Below the pieces are notes generated by a model, which worked only from the letters and a program-made list of their open reading frames with translations, did no database searches and had not been told where the DNA came from. From an uncultured Oligoflexus sp. (lineage in GTDB: Bacteria > Bdellovibrionota_B > Oligoflexia > Oligoflexales > Oligoflexaceae), in assembly GCA_964236955.1 (NCBI GenBank), contig CAXSGP010000047.1, positions 1-35,554 of the forward strand: 35,554 bases of DNA, read 5' to 3'. Positions 9,578 to 18,100 of this stretch are shown piece after piece (positions within the stretch are counted from its first letter, which is position 1; the number at the start of each line of letters is the position of its first letter). The position numbers and the translations under genes are program-made.

Positions 9578-10438
9578 ATGTATAAACGTCTGCTTGCCGT
9601 TCCCATGTGTACATTTTTAACTCAATCGGCTTTGGCTTTCTCGCCACCTTCTTCCGGAAGCCCTGGGAGTCCGAACGAGGAGCAGCAAGGCTTTGCAGCA
9701 ATCGCATACGATTTTGAAGGCATAGTTTCACTTTCGAATTGTTCTGGCAGTTTGCTGCGTTTTGACGATAGCCTGCCCACCGATCAAGCGATGGTGCTTA
9801 GCAATGGCCACTGTATATCCGGTCCAATGCTTGCGCCCGGTAAGGCCGTTGCAAATATTGCCGCCAGCCGGTCCTTCGCCATACTCGGAAGTGATGCGGC
9901 AAAGATTGGTTCCGTTGCTGCGGACCGTCTCCTCTATGCGACCCTCTCGCAGACTGATATCTCAGTGTATCGATTGGCTCTGACTTATGCTCAGATCGAA
10001 GAACGTTTCCATGTGAGACCGCTGACGCTATCGAGGTTGGGTCCCGAGTTGGATACCAATATTCAGATCTTGTCCGGATATTGGAAACGTGGTTTCAATT
10101 GCCATATTGAATACAAGACGCCGGTTCTCCAGGAAGGCAATTGGTTCTATAAAGATTCGCTGCGCTACAGCAGTCCTGGCTGTGAGGTTATGGGAGGTAC
10201 ATCCGGCTCGCCGGTAATTGAAGAAGGCACTCGAACCATTGTGGCTATCAATAACACCGGCAATGAAAACGGACAGATTTGCAAGGTCTCTAATCCCTGT
10301 GAAATCAGCGAAAATGGGGAAATTCTTGCGCAGAAAGGCTATAACTATGCGCAGCAGACCTACTGGCTCTATAGCTGTCGAAACAGGGCGGGAAAGATCG
10401 ATTTGACCGTGGATGGCTGTCAATTGCCCAAGCCTTAA
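9578..10438 (+). CDS. secreted trypsin-like (S1) serine protease
   Basis: Signal peptide from ATG 9578 (AAAGGA SD). Catalytic triad contexts SNGHC, TDIS and GGTSGSP; several Cys. Confidence 0.9.
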   Translation: MYKRLLAVPMCTFLTQSALAFSPPSSGSPGSPNEEQQGFAAIAYDFEGIVSLSNCSGSLLRFDDSLPTDQAMVLSNGHCISGPMLAPGKAVANIAASRSFAILGSDAAKIGSVAADRLLYATLSQTDISVYRLALTYAQIEERFHVRPLTLSRLGPELDTNIQILSGYWKRGFNCHIEYKTPVLQEGNWFYKDSLRYSSPGCEVMGGTSGSPVIEEGTRTIVAINNTGNENGQICKVSNPCEISENGEILAQKGYNYAQQTYWLYSCRNRAGKIDLTVDGCQLPKP

Positions 10439-10798
10439 TCCTATACGCCTCGTGTTGGATAAAAGGGATGGGACCCTTTAAGGCCCAAAGCGTTAAGCCT
10501 TGGAGCGCTTTGATAGCCGTCCCAAGAGTTTGACGGGCTGTTCCTTGGGGTTGCTGCGCGCAAGTTCCTTAAAGGAGCTTGTCCCGGCCCATACCCGTTG
10601 CCTGGCCGCGCCCACTGACCAGCATAACGCAGAAGCCTCGACCCCACATCGGCTCGCAGGGAAGGCCTCCTTTCCCTAGGCTTGCCTGGGGCTATCGAAA
10701 GTTCGTAGAACTGGAATATAAAGTCTGGCTCCGGTACAATATTAATTCTAAACCACCCTTCAAAAAATTCCTGTATCAAATCAAAATAAGGCTGAAAA

Positions 10799-11185
10799 AT
10801 GTCTAAAAAAAACGATCTCCTGCTTGCCGCCACCTTCACCCTTTCTGCCGGCAGGGCGTTGACTCCCGAGGAAGGTTCAGCTGCCCCTAAAAAGGGTGCG
10901 GCAAGCGTCGAATGTTTCGGCATAAATACGGCCAAAGGCACCAACGGCTGCAGTATCGGCAAATCTCAGATCGAAGCCGCAAATCACGCCTATGCGAACC
11001 GTTTTGCGAAATCAAAGCCAGTCGATTGTGCTGGTAATTCTGACTGTTCCGCCAGGGATGGATTCCTTGCTTGGGTTGCGAAAGCCAATGCCGACGAATG
11101 TTACAAAGACGGCGGCTTTCTGTTTGAAAAGGACGCTGCAGGAAAGATTCTGGTGAAGGATAAAGCCCTTGAAAAAAAATCCTAA
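10799..11185 (+). CDS. bufferin-like RiPP precursor (DUF2282/BufA-related), 5 Cys
   Basis: Signal-like N-terminus. ECFGINTAKGTNGC...CAGNSDC...AWV...ECYKDGG matches the DUF2282 pattern C-x-G...KxGxNxC...CAG...W...C.K.GG. Lies directly upstream of the DUF692 gene. Confidence 0.8.
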   Translation: MSKKNDLLLAATFTLSAGRALTPEEGSAAPKKGAASVECFGINTAKGTNGCSIGKSQIEAANHAYANRFAKSKPVDCAGNSDCSARDGFLAWVAKANADECYKDGGFLFEKDAAGKILVKDKALEKKS

Positions 11186-12008
11186 TGATATGCGTTGGGG
11201 TATCGGCCTAAGGCCCCACCATTTTTCTGATCTTCATAATTTAGAAGAATTGCCAATTTTGGAGATCATGGCCGATAACCTTATGGGGCATCGAGGTGGG
11301 CCTGCTCTAGCGCACACGGATCGACTTGCCGAGAGGACTTCCATGCTTTTGCACAGCGTAGGCCTCAATCTTGGCAGCGAATCGCCTCTTGACTTGCCAT
11401 ACCTCCATGACCTTCGCAATCTTATGGATCGCTTTGCCCCCCAGGTGATTTCGGATCATTTGTGTTTTACTCGGTTGCCGGGTGCCTCCACCTTTGATTT
11501 GCTCCCCGTTCCCCGGACTTTCCGGAATCTCGATCATGTCTGCAAACGTATTGATTTTGTTCAAAACTTTCTCAATCACCAAATTGCTGTCGAAAATATT
11601 TCAGCGTATGTGGAATATCGGGAATCTGAGATGTCCGAAGGCGAGTTTTTTACCTCGATCGAAGAGAGAACAGGCTGCGGGATTCTACTGGATACCAATA
11701 ATCTGCTGGTAAACTGCAGGAATTTTCGAATTGACCCTGAAACAGAACTCATGAAGTTCCCGCTGAAGGCTGTAAAGCAAATACATGTAGCGGGTCATAG
11801 TCAGGAAATGGATTGCCTCTTCGACACTCACGATCAACCGATAACGTTAGAACTTGCAAGGCTTACCCGCCTTCTGCTTGCAGAATTAAGCGAGCCCAAT
11901 ATTCCCCTCGTTCTCGAATGGGATGACGTCGGCATGTCCTATCAAGACCTTTCCTATCAAATGGCTCGCTGTCGGCATATGGTCGAACAAGGAGTCGCTC
12001 CTCCATGA
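11169..12008 (+). CDS. DUF692 multinuclear non-heme iron oxidative enzyme (MNIO, BufB/MbnB family)
   Basis: Family motifs GIGLR, LHSVGLNLG, SDHL, DLLP, VENIS, LLDTNN, IHVAGH, DTH and LEWD. TTG start has an AAGGA SD; ATG at 11190 is an alternative. Confidence 0.95.
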   Translation: MKKNPNDMRWGIGLRPHHFSDLHNLEELPILEIMADNLMGHRGGPALAHTDRLAERTSMLLHSVGLNLGSESPLDLPYLHDLRNLMDRFAPQVISDHLCFTRLPGASTFDLLPVPRTFRNLDHVCKRIDFVQNFLNHQIAVENISAYVEYRESEMSEGEFFTSIEERTGCGILLDTNNLLVNCRNFRIDPETELMKFPLKAVKQIHVAGHSQEMDCLFDTHDQPITLELARLTRLLLAELSEPNIPLVLEWDDVGMSYQDLSYQMARCRHMVEQGVAPP

Positions 12009-12790
12009 GCCCTTTCGAGTTCGATCAATTGTCCATCATAAAAACGGTTCAGTCCTTAGCCGGTCCGGAGACAAGAGCTCATGTCGACCGACTTTTTACG
12101 GCTCAGTCGGCTCATCGGGTTGAGCTTTATCAGCGAAGTTATCTGGGTCGTCTCGTCGGCAATATCGCCGCCTCGGTTTTGGAACAGCTTGCGAGGGTTT
12201 TTGGTAAACAGGTGCTTCTCGATGTACTTGTGCGCTTTTTTACCAAGGATCCTCCGTCATCCATTCTTTTAACTGAGAGTATTATTGGGCTGGCCGACTT
12301 TGTTCGAAACTCCGGGTCAAGTCTTTATCACGAACTTTTTGCGACTCTGGTTGAGTTGTCTATAGCAGCGTGGGACCTCGTCCATGGCTGCGATCCCAGT
12401 CCTATCGATGCTGCCTTAAACACCTTCGAGCAAGCCTTTCTCAAAGGGCCATTCTACTTTCATAAGGCAAAGGCAGCGGTTGATCTTTTCGCCGCTTGGG
12501 TTGCCGCTCAGCAGACCGTAGTCGATACGGACCAATTCATAAATCATATCGCATCTGGAGTTCTTCTCGTAAAGACAAGCCCACTCCGTTCCGTATCGAT
12601 CCGTGTGCTCCCTTCGTTGGAGCCTTTGGTTGAAGGTTTAAAACGAGGCTGGTCCGTTCATAAATCCATAATGATGATGCCCGCCGGTCTATCGGACCTG
12701 ATCGATACTGACGATTTATCTGAATTTTTACAAGCGCTCGACTGTGAAGATTGTCTGTGCCACCTAAGCTATAGATCGGCCGAAAAATGA
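12005..12790 (+). CDS. DUF2063-like MNIO partner protein (BufC/HvfC-like)
   Basis: RVELYQRSYLGRL...FFTKDPPSS resembles the DUF2063 N-terminal motif. ATGA overlap with the MNIO gene and canonical gene position. Confidence 0.8.
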   Translation: MSPFEFDQLSIIKTVQSLAGPETRAHVDRLFTAQSAHRVELYQRSYLGRLVGNIAASVLEQLARVFGKQVLLDVLVRFFTKDPPSSILLTESIIGLADFVRNSGSSLYHELFATLVELSIAAWDLVHGCDPSPIDAALNTFEQAFLKGPFYFHKAKAAVDLFAAWVAAQQTVVDTDQFINHIASGVLLVKTSPLRSVSIRVLPSLEPLVEGLKRGWSVHKSIMMMPAGLSDLIDTDDLSEFLQALDCEDCLCHLSYRSAEK

Positions 12791-15402
12791 ATGCACGTCA
12801 GCGACACCACGCATCCATCGCATTTATCATCAGTGCTGCTTTCACAATTTTTGCCATGCTTGCTGCAGTCCGGTATGTAGTATCGCTCGCCCAACAGCAG
12901 CTCGATTCCGAAACGGCCAATGTCAAGCAAAGCTTTTTTGAAAGCATAAAATCAGTCGAGACCGTAGCTGAAAACCTGCAGAGCCTCATTGCGGCAGTCG
13001 GGGATGAGTCGGAGCCCAACTTCCAGGAGTTCACCGCCCAGGTGCTCGATAATTATAACTTCATCAATGCTGTTAACTACTATACGCGGGTCGAAAAGCA
13101 CTCACGGGCGGCTTATGAAAATCACCTGAAAAAGCTCGGCAAGGGCGATGGCTTAGTCGAAACTGTAGCGGATTCCCCTAACGAGGTGAGACCCGCCCCG
13201 GTCAGGGATCTGTATTTTCCGCTCACTTTGGCTGATACCAAGGCCTCCGAACATTCCTATTATGGCTGGGACCTTCTGTCCGATAGCGGCAAAAAAGAGG
13301 CCGTACTCGCAGCGATAGATCTGCAAAAATTAATCGCGTCCGAAAGCTATCTGCTTGAAAGCGGACATGCCGCGTTTGATCTGTTCGCCCCGGTAATGAT
13401 CGAAGGACGGCTTAAAGGCGTTATAGGCATGACTATTGATATACCGAGACTGCTGGGTGATGAGCAGTGGCGAAGGAATGTCACCGTCATGCTGGGCACG
13501 ATGTTAACAGGGGAAAGGACCAGAAAAGACCTCTACCGCGCGTTAGATCAAAGCCCTGACCCGACGGTAACCCTGGCAACCCTAAACTCCATAACGGAAG
13601 TCACCAATTTTGGTCAAACCCTTGGTCTTAAATTCGAGCGTGTCCTTGGGCTCAGTCGTCTCAATAGCGGAATCCTGGCTATGGTTCTGCTGGCTTGTTT
13701 GGTTTTGGGATTGCTTGCCATATATCTTGCGACGACACTGGCGAACCTAGCCAACAGCCTCAATGAATTAGCCAAGGTAAACGCCGGTCTTGAGAAAACC
13801 GTTGCCGAGCGGACGAAAAACCTCAGCGAAGTAAACCATGAGATTGCAGATATGCTTGAAAATCTCGATGATGCTGTCTTCACGGTCGGTGCCGACCTGA
13901 AGATTCAAGCCCGTTACTCACCAGCCACAGCCAAGATATTAGGTTCCGATTCCATCGCGGGGGCCGATGTTCGTGAACTTCTCTATAAAAATCTCGATCG
14001 AGCCAGCGATCAATATGCAGCCCATTTCACCACTTTAAAGCTCATGTTTGGCTCCGATGATTTTCAATGGGAGATGACCAACTCAAATCTCGAAAGATCA
14101 GTGCTCTATGATAGAGTCGCGGATGATAAAACGGTCAGTCAGCGCATACTTTCCGTGCGGTATGCACCCCTGTACGAAAACATGGTAATTAAGAAGATAC
14201 TGTTTGTTTCCAGCGATATTACCGAGATCCTCGCCCTGAGACGGGCTGTGAACGAGGATCAAAGAGTCGCAAGTGAGAAAGCCAATATCGTTTCAGAGAT
14301 TCTCGAAGCCGATCGTCAGACTCTTGTCACCTTTATGGAGGAGTCGCTGGACCGCATGAAAGCTCTAAACGAAGCGGCCGGGGAGCTTGAAAAGACCCGA
14401 AGTGATCGAGTGGGGGAAGCCCTGTTCCGGGAACTCCACACGATGAAAGGCAATGCCCGCGCCGCCCATCTTTTCGGCATTTCGCAAGTCGTTCACCTGC
14501 TGGAAGATGATTTTCAATTACTCAAAGACAAGCTTAAAACCGTCTCGCAGGATGAAATTGAAAAATTTAAGCAAGGATTGAAAGAACTCAATCTTATAGC
14601 CAAGAAATACCGTGACGTCTTTATGGAGATCTTCGGTGCTAAGGATAGCCAAGGTGATGGCGACACAATGATCAGAATGGCAATTCGTCAACTCCGCAGC
14701 GGTTCCGACGTTGAAACTCTCGCCGTTGCCTTGCAGGCACAGATTGACAGCAAGACGATTTTACTTTCTGACCTTGCCGCTAGCTTTGCCTCTATGATTC
14801 GAGATCTGTCCAAGCAACTTGGAAAAGATGTGGATCCTATTGTAACCCTCGGCGAGCTATGCCTTGACAGGGAGCTGGGCAGGCCTCTTCGGGACGTGCT
14901 CACTCACCTGATACGAAATTCATTGGATCATGGGATTGAAAGGCCTGAGCTGCGTAAGGCAGCGGGTAAAACGATGGTCGGGCATTTGCAGCTGCACTAT
15001 AGGGTAAAGGAAACTGCTGTTCACCTGACCATTTCCGACGACGGAGCCGGCGTGGATACGTCTCGAGTTCTTAATTTGGCAATTGCCAAAAATTTACCCG
15101 GTGCCGAGGCAGGCGATTTGAAAGATTCTGATATCTTGGAGTTCCTCTTCCATCCTGGATTTTCAACAAAAGAAGGGGTGAGTGATTGGAGTGGGCGCGG
15201 CGTCGGTCTCGATGCCGTAAGAGAGACAGTCCTCGGCTTTGGTGGCAGAGTTTCCGTGCATTCGGTCCGCGGTCAAGGTACCAGCTTTGAGATTGTTTTG
15301 CCCTTAGAGCGGGTGAAATTTGCTGAGGTCAATACAAAATTACTGATTATCGATCGCGATAGAGGCCCGAGTTATAATCGACAATTGATCAAAATCATTT
15401 AG
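12787..15402 (+). CDS. CHASE-domain sensor, PAS-like, Hpt, CheA-type HATPase histidine kinase lacking a CheW domain
   Basis: Two TM helices flank a CHASE-like region (FQEFT, RDLYFPL, GWDLLSD, FAPV). Hpt HTMKGNAR, HLIRNSLDHG, DDGAG, GFSTK, SGRGVGLD, GQGTSF. ATGA overlap with the DUF2063 gene. Confidence 0.9.
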   Translation: MNARQRHHASIAFIISAAFTIFAMLAAVRYVVSLAQQQLDSETANVKQSFFESIKSVETVAENLQSLIAAVGDESEPNFQEFTAQVLDNYNFINAVNYYTRVEKHSRAAYENHLKKLGKGDGLVETVADSPNEVRPAPVRDLYFPLTLADTKASEHSYYGWDLLSDSGKKEAVLAAIDLQKLIASESYLLESGHAAFDLFAPVMIEGRLKGVIGMTIDIPRLLGDEQWRRNVTVMLGTMLTGERTRKDLYRALDQSPDPTVTLATLNSITEVTNFGQTLGLKFERVLGLSRLNSGILAMVLLACLVLGLLAIYLATTLANLANSLNELAKVNAGLEKTVAERTKNLSEVNHEIADMLENLDDAVFTVGADLKIQARYSPATAKILGSDSIAGADVRELLYKNLDRASDQYAAHFTTLKLMFGSDDFQWEMTNSNLERSVLYDRVADDKTVSQRILSVRYAPLYENMVIKKILFVSSDITEILALRRAVNEDQRVASEKANIVSEILEADRQTLVTFMEESLDRMKALNEAAGELEKTRSDRVGEALFRELHTMKGNARAAHLFGISQVVHLLEDDFQLLKDKLKTVSQDEIEKFKQGLKELNLIAKKYRDVFMEIFGAKDSQGDGDTMIRMAIRQLRSGSDVETLAVALQAQIDSKTILLSDLAASFASMIRDLSKQLGKDVDPIVTLGELCLDRELGRPLRDVLTHLIRNSLDHGIERPELRKAAGKTMVGHLQLHYRVKETAVHLTISDDGAGVDTSRVLNLAIAKNLPGAEAGDLKDSDILEFLFHPGFSTKEGVSDWSGRGVGLDAVRETVLGFGGRVSVHSVRGQGTSFEIVLPLERVKFAEVNTKLLIIDRDRGPSYNRQLIKII

Positions 15403-15524
15403 TTGCTCGGTTTGTCCAAAAGCGATTTTTTGAAAGGGAAAAACTAAGCTCTTTGAGGGCATTCCCTTTGAGTTCGACCAGTAAAATAAGATCAAATCCT
15501 CGCGCCACCGGTGCAGGCAGGCCC

Positions 15525-15545
15525 GTGGCGGCAGCCAGCTGCCAC
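15525..15545. terminator. GC-rich hairpin between convergent genes
   Basis: 8-bp stem GTGGCGGC/GCTGCCAC with a 5-nt loop. No adjacent U tract. Confidence 0.3.
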
Positions 15546-15589
15546 ATGATCGCTTCGCCCTTTTTTACTGTCAGCAGCGCCTGAGAGAT

Positions 15590-16957
15590 TCAAGGGCCGA
15601 CGGGGGCCGTCCTCAATGATTTATCTTCATAGAAAGGCGTTGGCGGAATATTTTGCTCTGGCAGGGAACAATCCATGAGATCGGTCCCTTGATTGGCCAA
15701 CGATGCTTTGGTGATGGCCTTATAATAGTTAACCACACGATGATCACTGGGATTGAGTGTGAAGGTCTTTCTTAAATCACTTTTCGTTTCGATGTCGGTC
15801 CAGCCGCCTCGGAAATAGATAACGCCATCGCCACCGATATAGGCCAATGAACCGACGTGCCAGTAGCCTCCAATACCAGAAAGTCCGATGGGCACCGTCG
15901 TCACAGGGTCAGCATGGTTCCTGAAGCGAACAACGGTGATCGCTTGTTTCTGAGCCATGGTGTCGAAGAGTTTTGCGAAGGTGTTATTGCCAACGCGTGG
16001 CTGCCCGACGGTATAGGTGCCCATTAGGTTGACGTTTTTAAGTTCTCCCTTGTCCAGCATAAGCATGAGCTTTGCAGTGAACAGGGTAGCAATGGAGCCG
16101 CCCAAGCTATGGCCAGTGATCCAGATATTAAGGGGGGCCTCGCTGGAGCGATCTTTCAAAATTTTAAGAAGCTGAGGTTCGACGTCATCAAGCGCATCGG
16201 CGAAACCACTGTGCACCTTTCCCATACCCGGGAGGGTCGCATAGGTCACAGTCAGGTCGTCCAGGATATCAGTAATTCTGTCAACTTCCGTGCCGCGGAA
16301 GGCAATGACGCTATAGTTTTCTTTCGAATTCTCTGCGTACATCACCTGACTGGATGAACTTTGGAAGATCTTGCTATCAGAAATGCCGGAGAGAAACTGT
16401 ATTTTTTTATTATTAGTCGTCTTAAGGAAGGAGTCTTGAAAGTCTTTGGCCTTGCTGCCATCATCGACGTAAGGTTCTTTAAAACGAGTTTTATAATCTT
16501 GACTTAAGATCTCCCATTGAGCAAGGCGACCCGCTTCGTCTTCCCAGGAATCGTCATTGCTTTTTGTTTTTTCCTGAATCATCTTGAGGCGGTGAATGTA
16601 CCAATACTTAAAATATATCTCACCGTCACCGGGATCGCCAAAACCCAGTTTTTCAATTTCCGGACCGGCTACTTTATAGTGGCTGTACTGAAGTGCCGCG
16701 ATTTGGGTAAGCCACAGAGCGTTTAAATAATTGAAGGGCTTTTTTTTCGCACAAAAAAGAGTGTTCTCTTGATCCCCAACCGTCCCGGATCCAGACCCCA
16801 TTTCCCCTTGAGGCGCAGGGTTAGTCGGAGTCTTGGTTTCAGACTTTGGAATTATAGTCGTACGACTTGCCTTGGAAAGGTCCCTTTCGGTTCTGCTTTC
16901 AGACTTACAGCCCAAAAGAGTGATGAAAAAAATGAAGGAAACTAGAGAGATCTTCAT
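15590..16957 (-). CDS. class 3 lipase family lipoprotein
   Basis: Lipobox LLGC (Cys17), IAFRGT, VHSGF, nucleophile GHSLGG, GQPRVGN, DPVTTVP. Confidence 0.92.
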   Translation of the reverse strand: MKISLVSFIFFITLLGCKSESRTERDLSKASRTTIIPKSETKTPTNPAPQGEMGSGSGTVGDQENTLFCAKKKPFNYLNALWLTQIAALQYSHYKVAGPEIEKLGFGDPGDGEIYFKYWYIHRLKMIQEKTKSNDDSWEDEAGRLAQWEILSQDYKTRFKEPYVDDGSKAKDFQDSFLKTTNNKKIQFLSGISDSKIFQSSSSQVMYAENSKENYSVIAFRGTEVDRITDILDDLTVTYATLPGMGKVHSGFADALDDVEPQLLKILKDRSSEAPLNIWITGHSLGGSIATLFTAKLMLMLDKGELKNVNLMGTYTVGQPRVGNNTFAKLFDTMAQKQAITVVRFRNHADPVTTVPIGLSGIGGYWHVGSLAYIGGDGVIYFRGGWTDIETKSDLRKTFTLNPSDHRVVNYYKAITKASLANQGTDLMDCSLPEQNIPPTPFYEDKSLRTAPVGP

Positions 16958-16996
16958 AGGTTGCCTTCTTCGGGACGATTCGAATTCGATTGTTAT

Positions 16997-17024
16997 TTAT
17001 CGGCAGGGTGAGGGAGTTTCTTGA
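16997..17024 (-). promoter_or_regulatory. sigma28/FliA-like promoter for the lipase gene
   Basis: TCAA-N16-GCCGATAA on the minus strand with a perfect FliA -10 element, about 40 bp upstream of the ATG. Confidence 0.65.
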
Positions 17025-17217
17025 GGGCATACAAGTCGATTGATGGCGCTGGAAGTGAGGATGCCAGGCTAATAGGATTTTGATTTAAAGATTTGAGAGG
17101 GGAGGCGACGGGCCCCATTATTGGAAAAAAAGTCCCTCTGATCCAGCAGTCCGCGCCTTTGCTCAATCTCGAAGCTCAACAAACGCCGTCAGACGCAGTG
17201 GCGAGTCTGGAACTTGG

Positions 17218-17469
17218 TCAATCGTGGTCAGGGAACATTTCAGAAGCCTGTGCACCCTTTTTCATCGCAAGGGGATCCGGCTTCCCTTTTGGCGAATGCC
17301 GATTCTTCTTCTTGGCCAGGCGCATTTTTAGTTTGCGATGACCCGCAGCCCGTTTGCCAGCTTTTTTACCTGACGCCATCTCGGATTGTTTTTCCTTTTC
17401 CTGGGCCATGAGTGCCGGTTCACCGGCCATTAAGAGAGCAAAAACCAGGAATATTCTCGTCGCAAACAT
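17218..17469 (-). CDS. small secreted Lys-rich hypothetical protein
   Basis: ATG 17469 with GGGAG SD. Signal peptide MFATRIFLVFALLMAGEPALMA, then a highly basic low-complexity mature region. Confidence 0.6.
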   Translation of the reverse strand: MFATRIFLVFALLMAGEPALMAQEKEKQSEMASGKKAGKRAAGHRKLKMRLAKKKNRHSPKGKPDPLAMKKGAQASEMFPDHD

Positions 17470-17496
17470 AAATAACTCCCTAGCCAGACACTTTCT

Positions 17497-17524
17497 CTTT
17501 CGGCTCCAAGACACGCCGACCTGA
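17497..17524 (-). promoter_or_regulatory. sigma28-like promoter
   Basis: TCAG-N16-GCCGAAAG, about 27 bp upstream of ATG 17469. Confidence 0.5.
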
Positions 17525-18100
17525 GGTTTTACTTAAGTGTCTTTAACATCCTGTAATTATATTCGCTATATAGATTTGGTCAAGTTGAGGCTAAAAACTT
17601 TTGAGTCTGGCGCTATCCGGAACGGGCCGACAAAAACTTTCTAAACGTAAAAAATCCACCTCAATAAATAGACCTGTTTTGCAGATTTGTTGAAACAATA
17701 GCTCCTGACTCAAGAGCAAAAAAGGCGGCAAGGATTTTTTGAACGGGGTCGAGTACAGAATTTTCTCGATAAAACCGTCATCCTTCTTTCCTTGGTAATA
17801 GCATCGAAATATTCCTTACGGCTTTGTTCGCCTTGGGTCCGCCCTAGCATACTGGCGCTTTTTAAATTGGGGTGGGAAATTCCGGGAAATGAAGGACAGA
17901 AATTTCTGCTAAGCTTACGCAATTATTCCAGCGTAGCTCCTATCGACTTTCGCCCAGGGTGGCCTCTCTCCAAGGCACGGCCCTGACGGGCATCCGTGTT
18001 CACCCTTAAAAAGATGAAATTCAATGGATAGGGGTTTTTAGGAAAGTGTTCTATATTTAGAGTGCCCCTATTGTTCAGTCGAACTGTGTAAGGATTGCGC

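Noticed and set aside
10579..10806. 75-aa + ORF as a possible leader peptide or second precursor
   Set aside because: The AAGGAG lies only 1 nt before the TTG, it contains no Cys, and it spans an abrupt GC-to-AT composition change.
10441..10962. 173-aa minus-strand ORF across the spacer and precursor
   Set aside because: Antisense to the motif-supported precursor, with no SD or recognisable domain.
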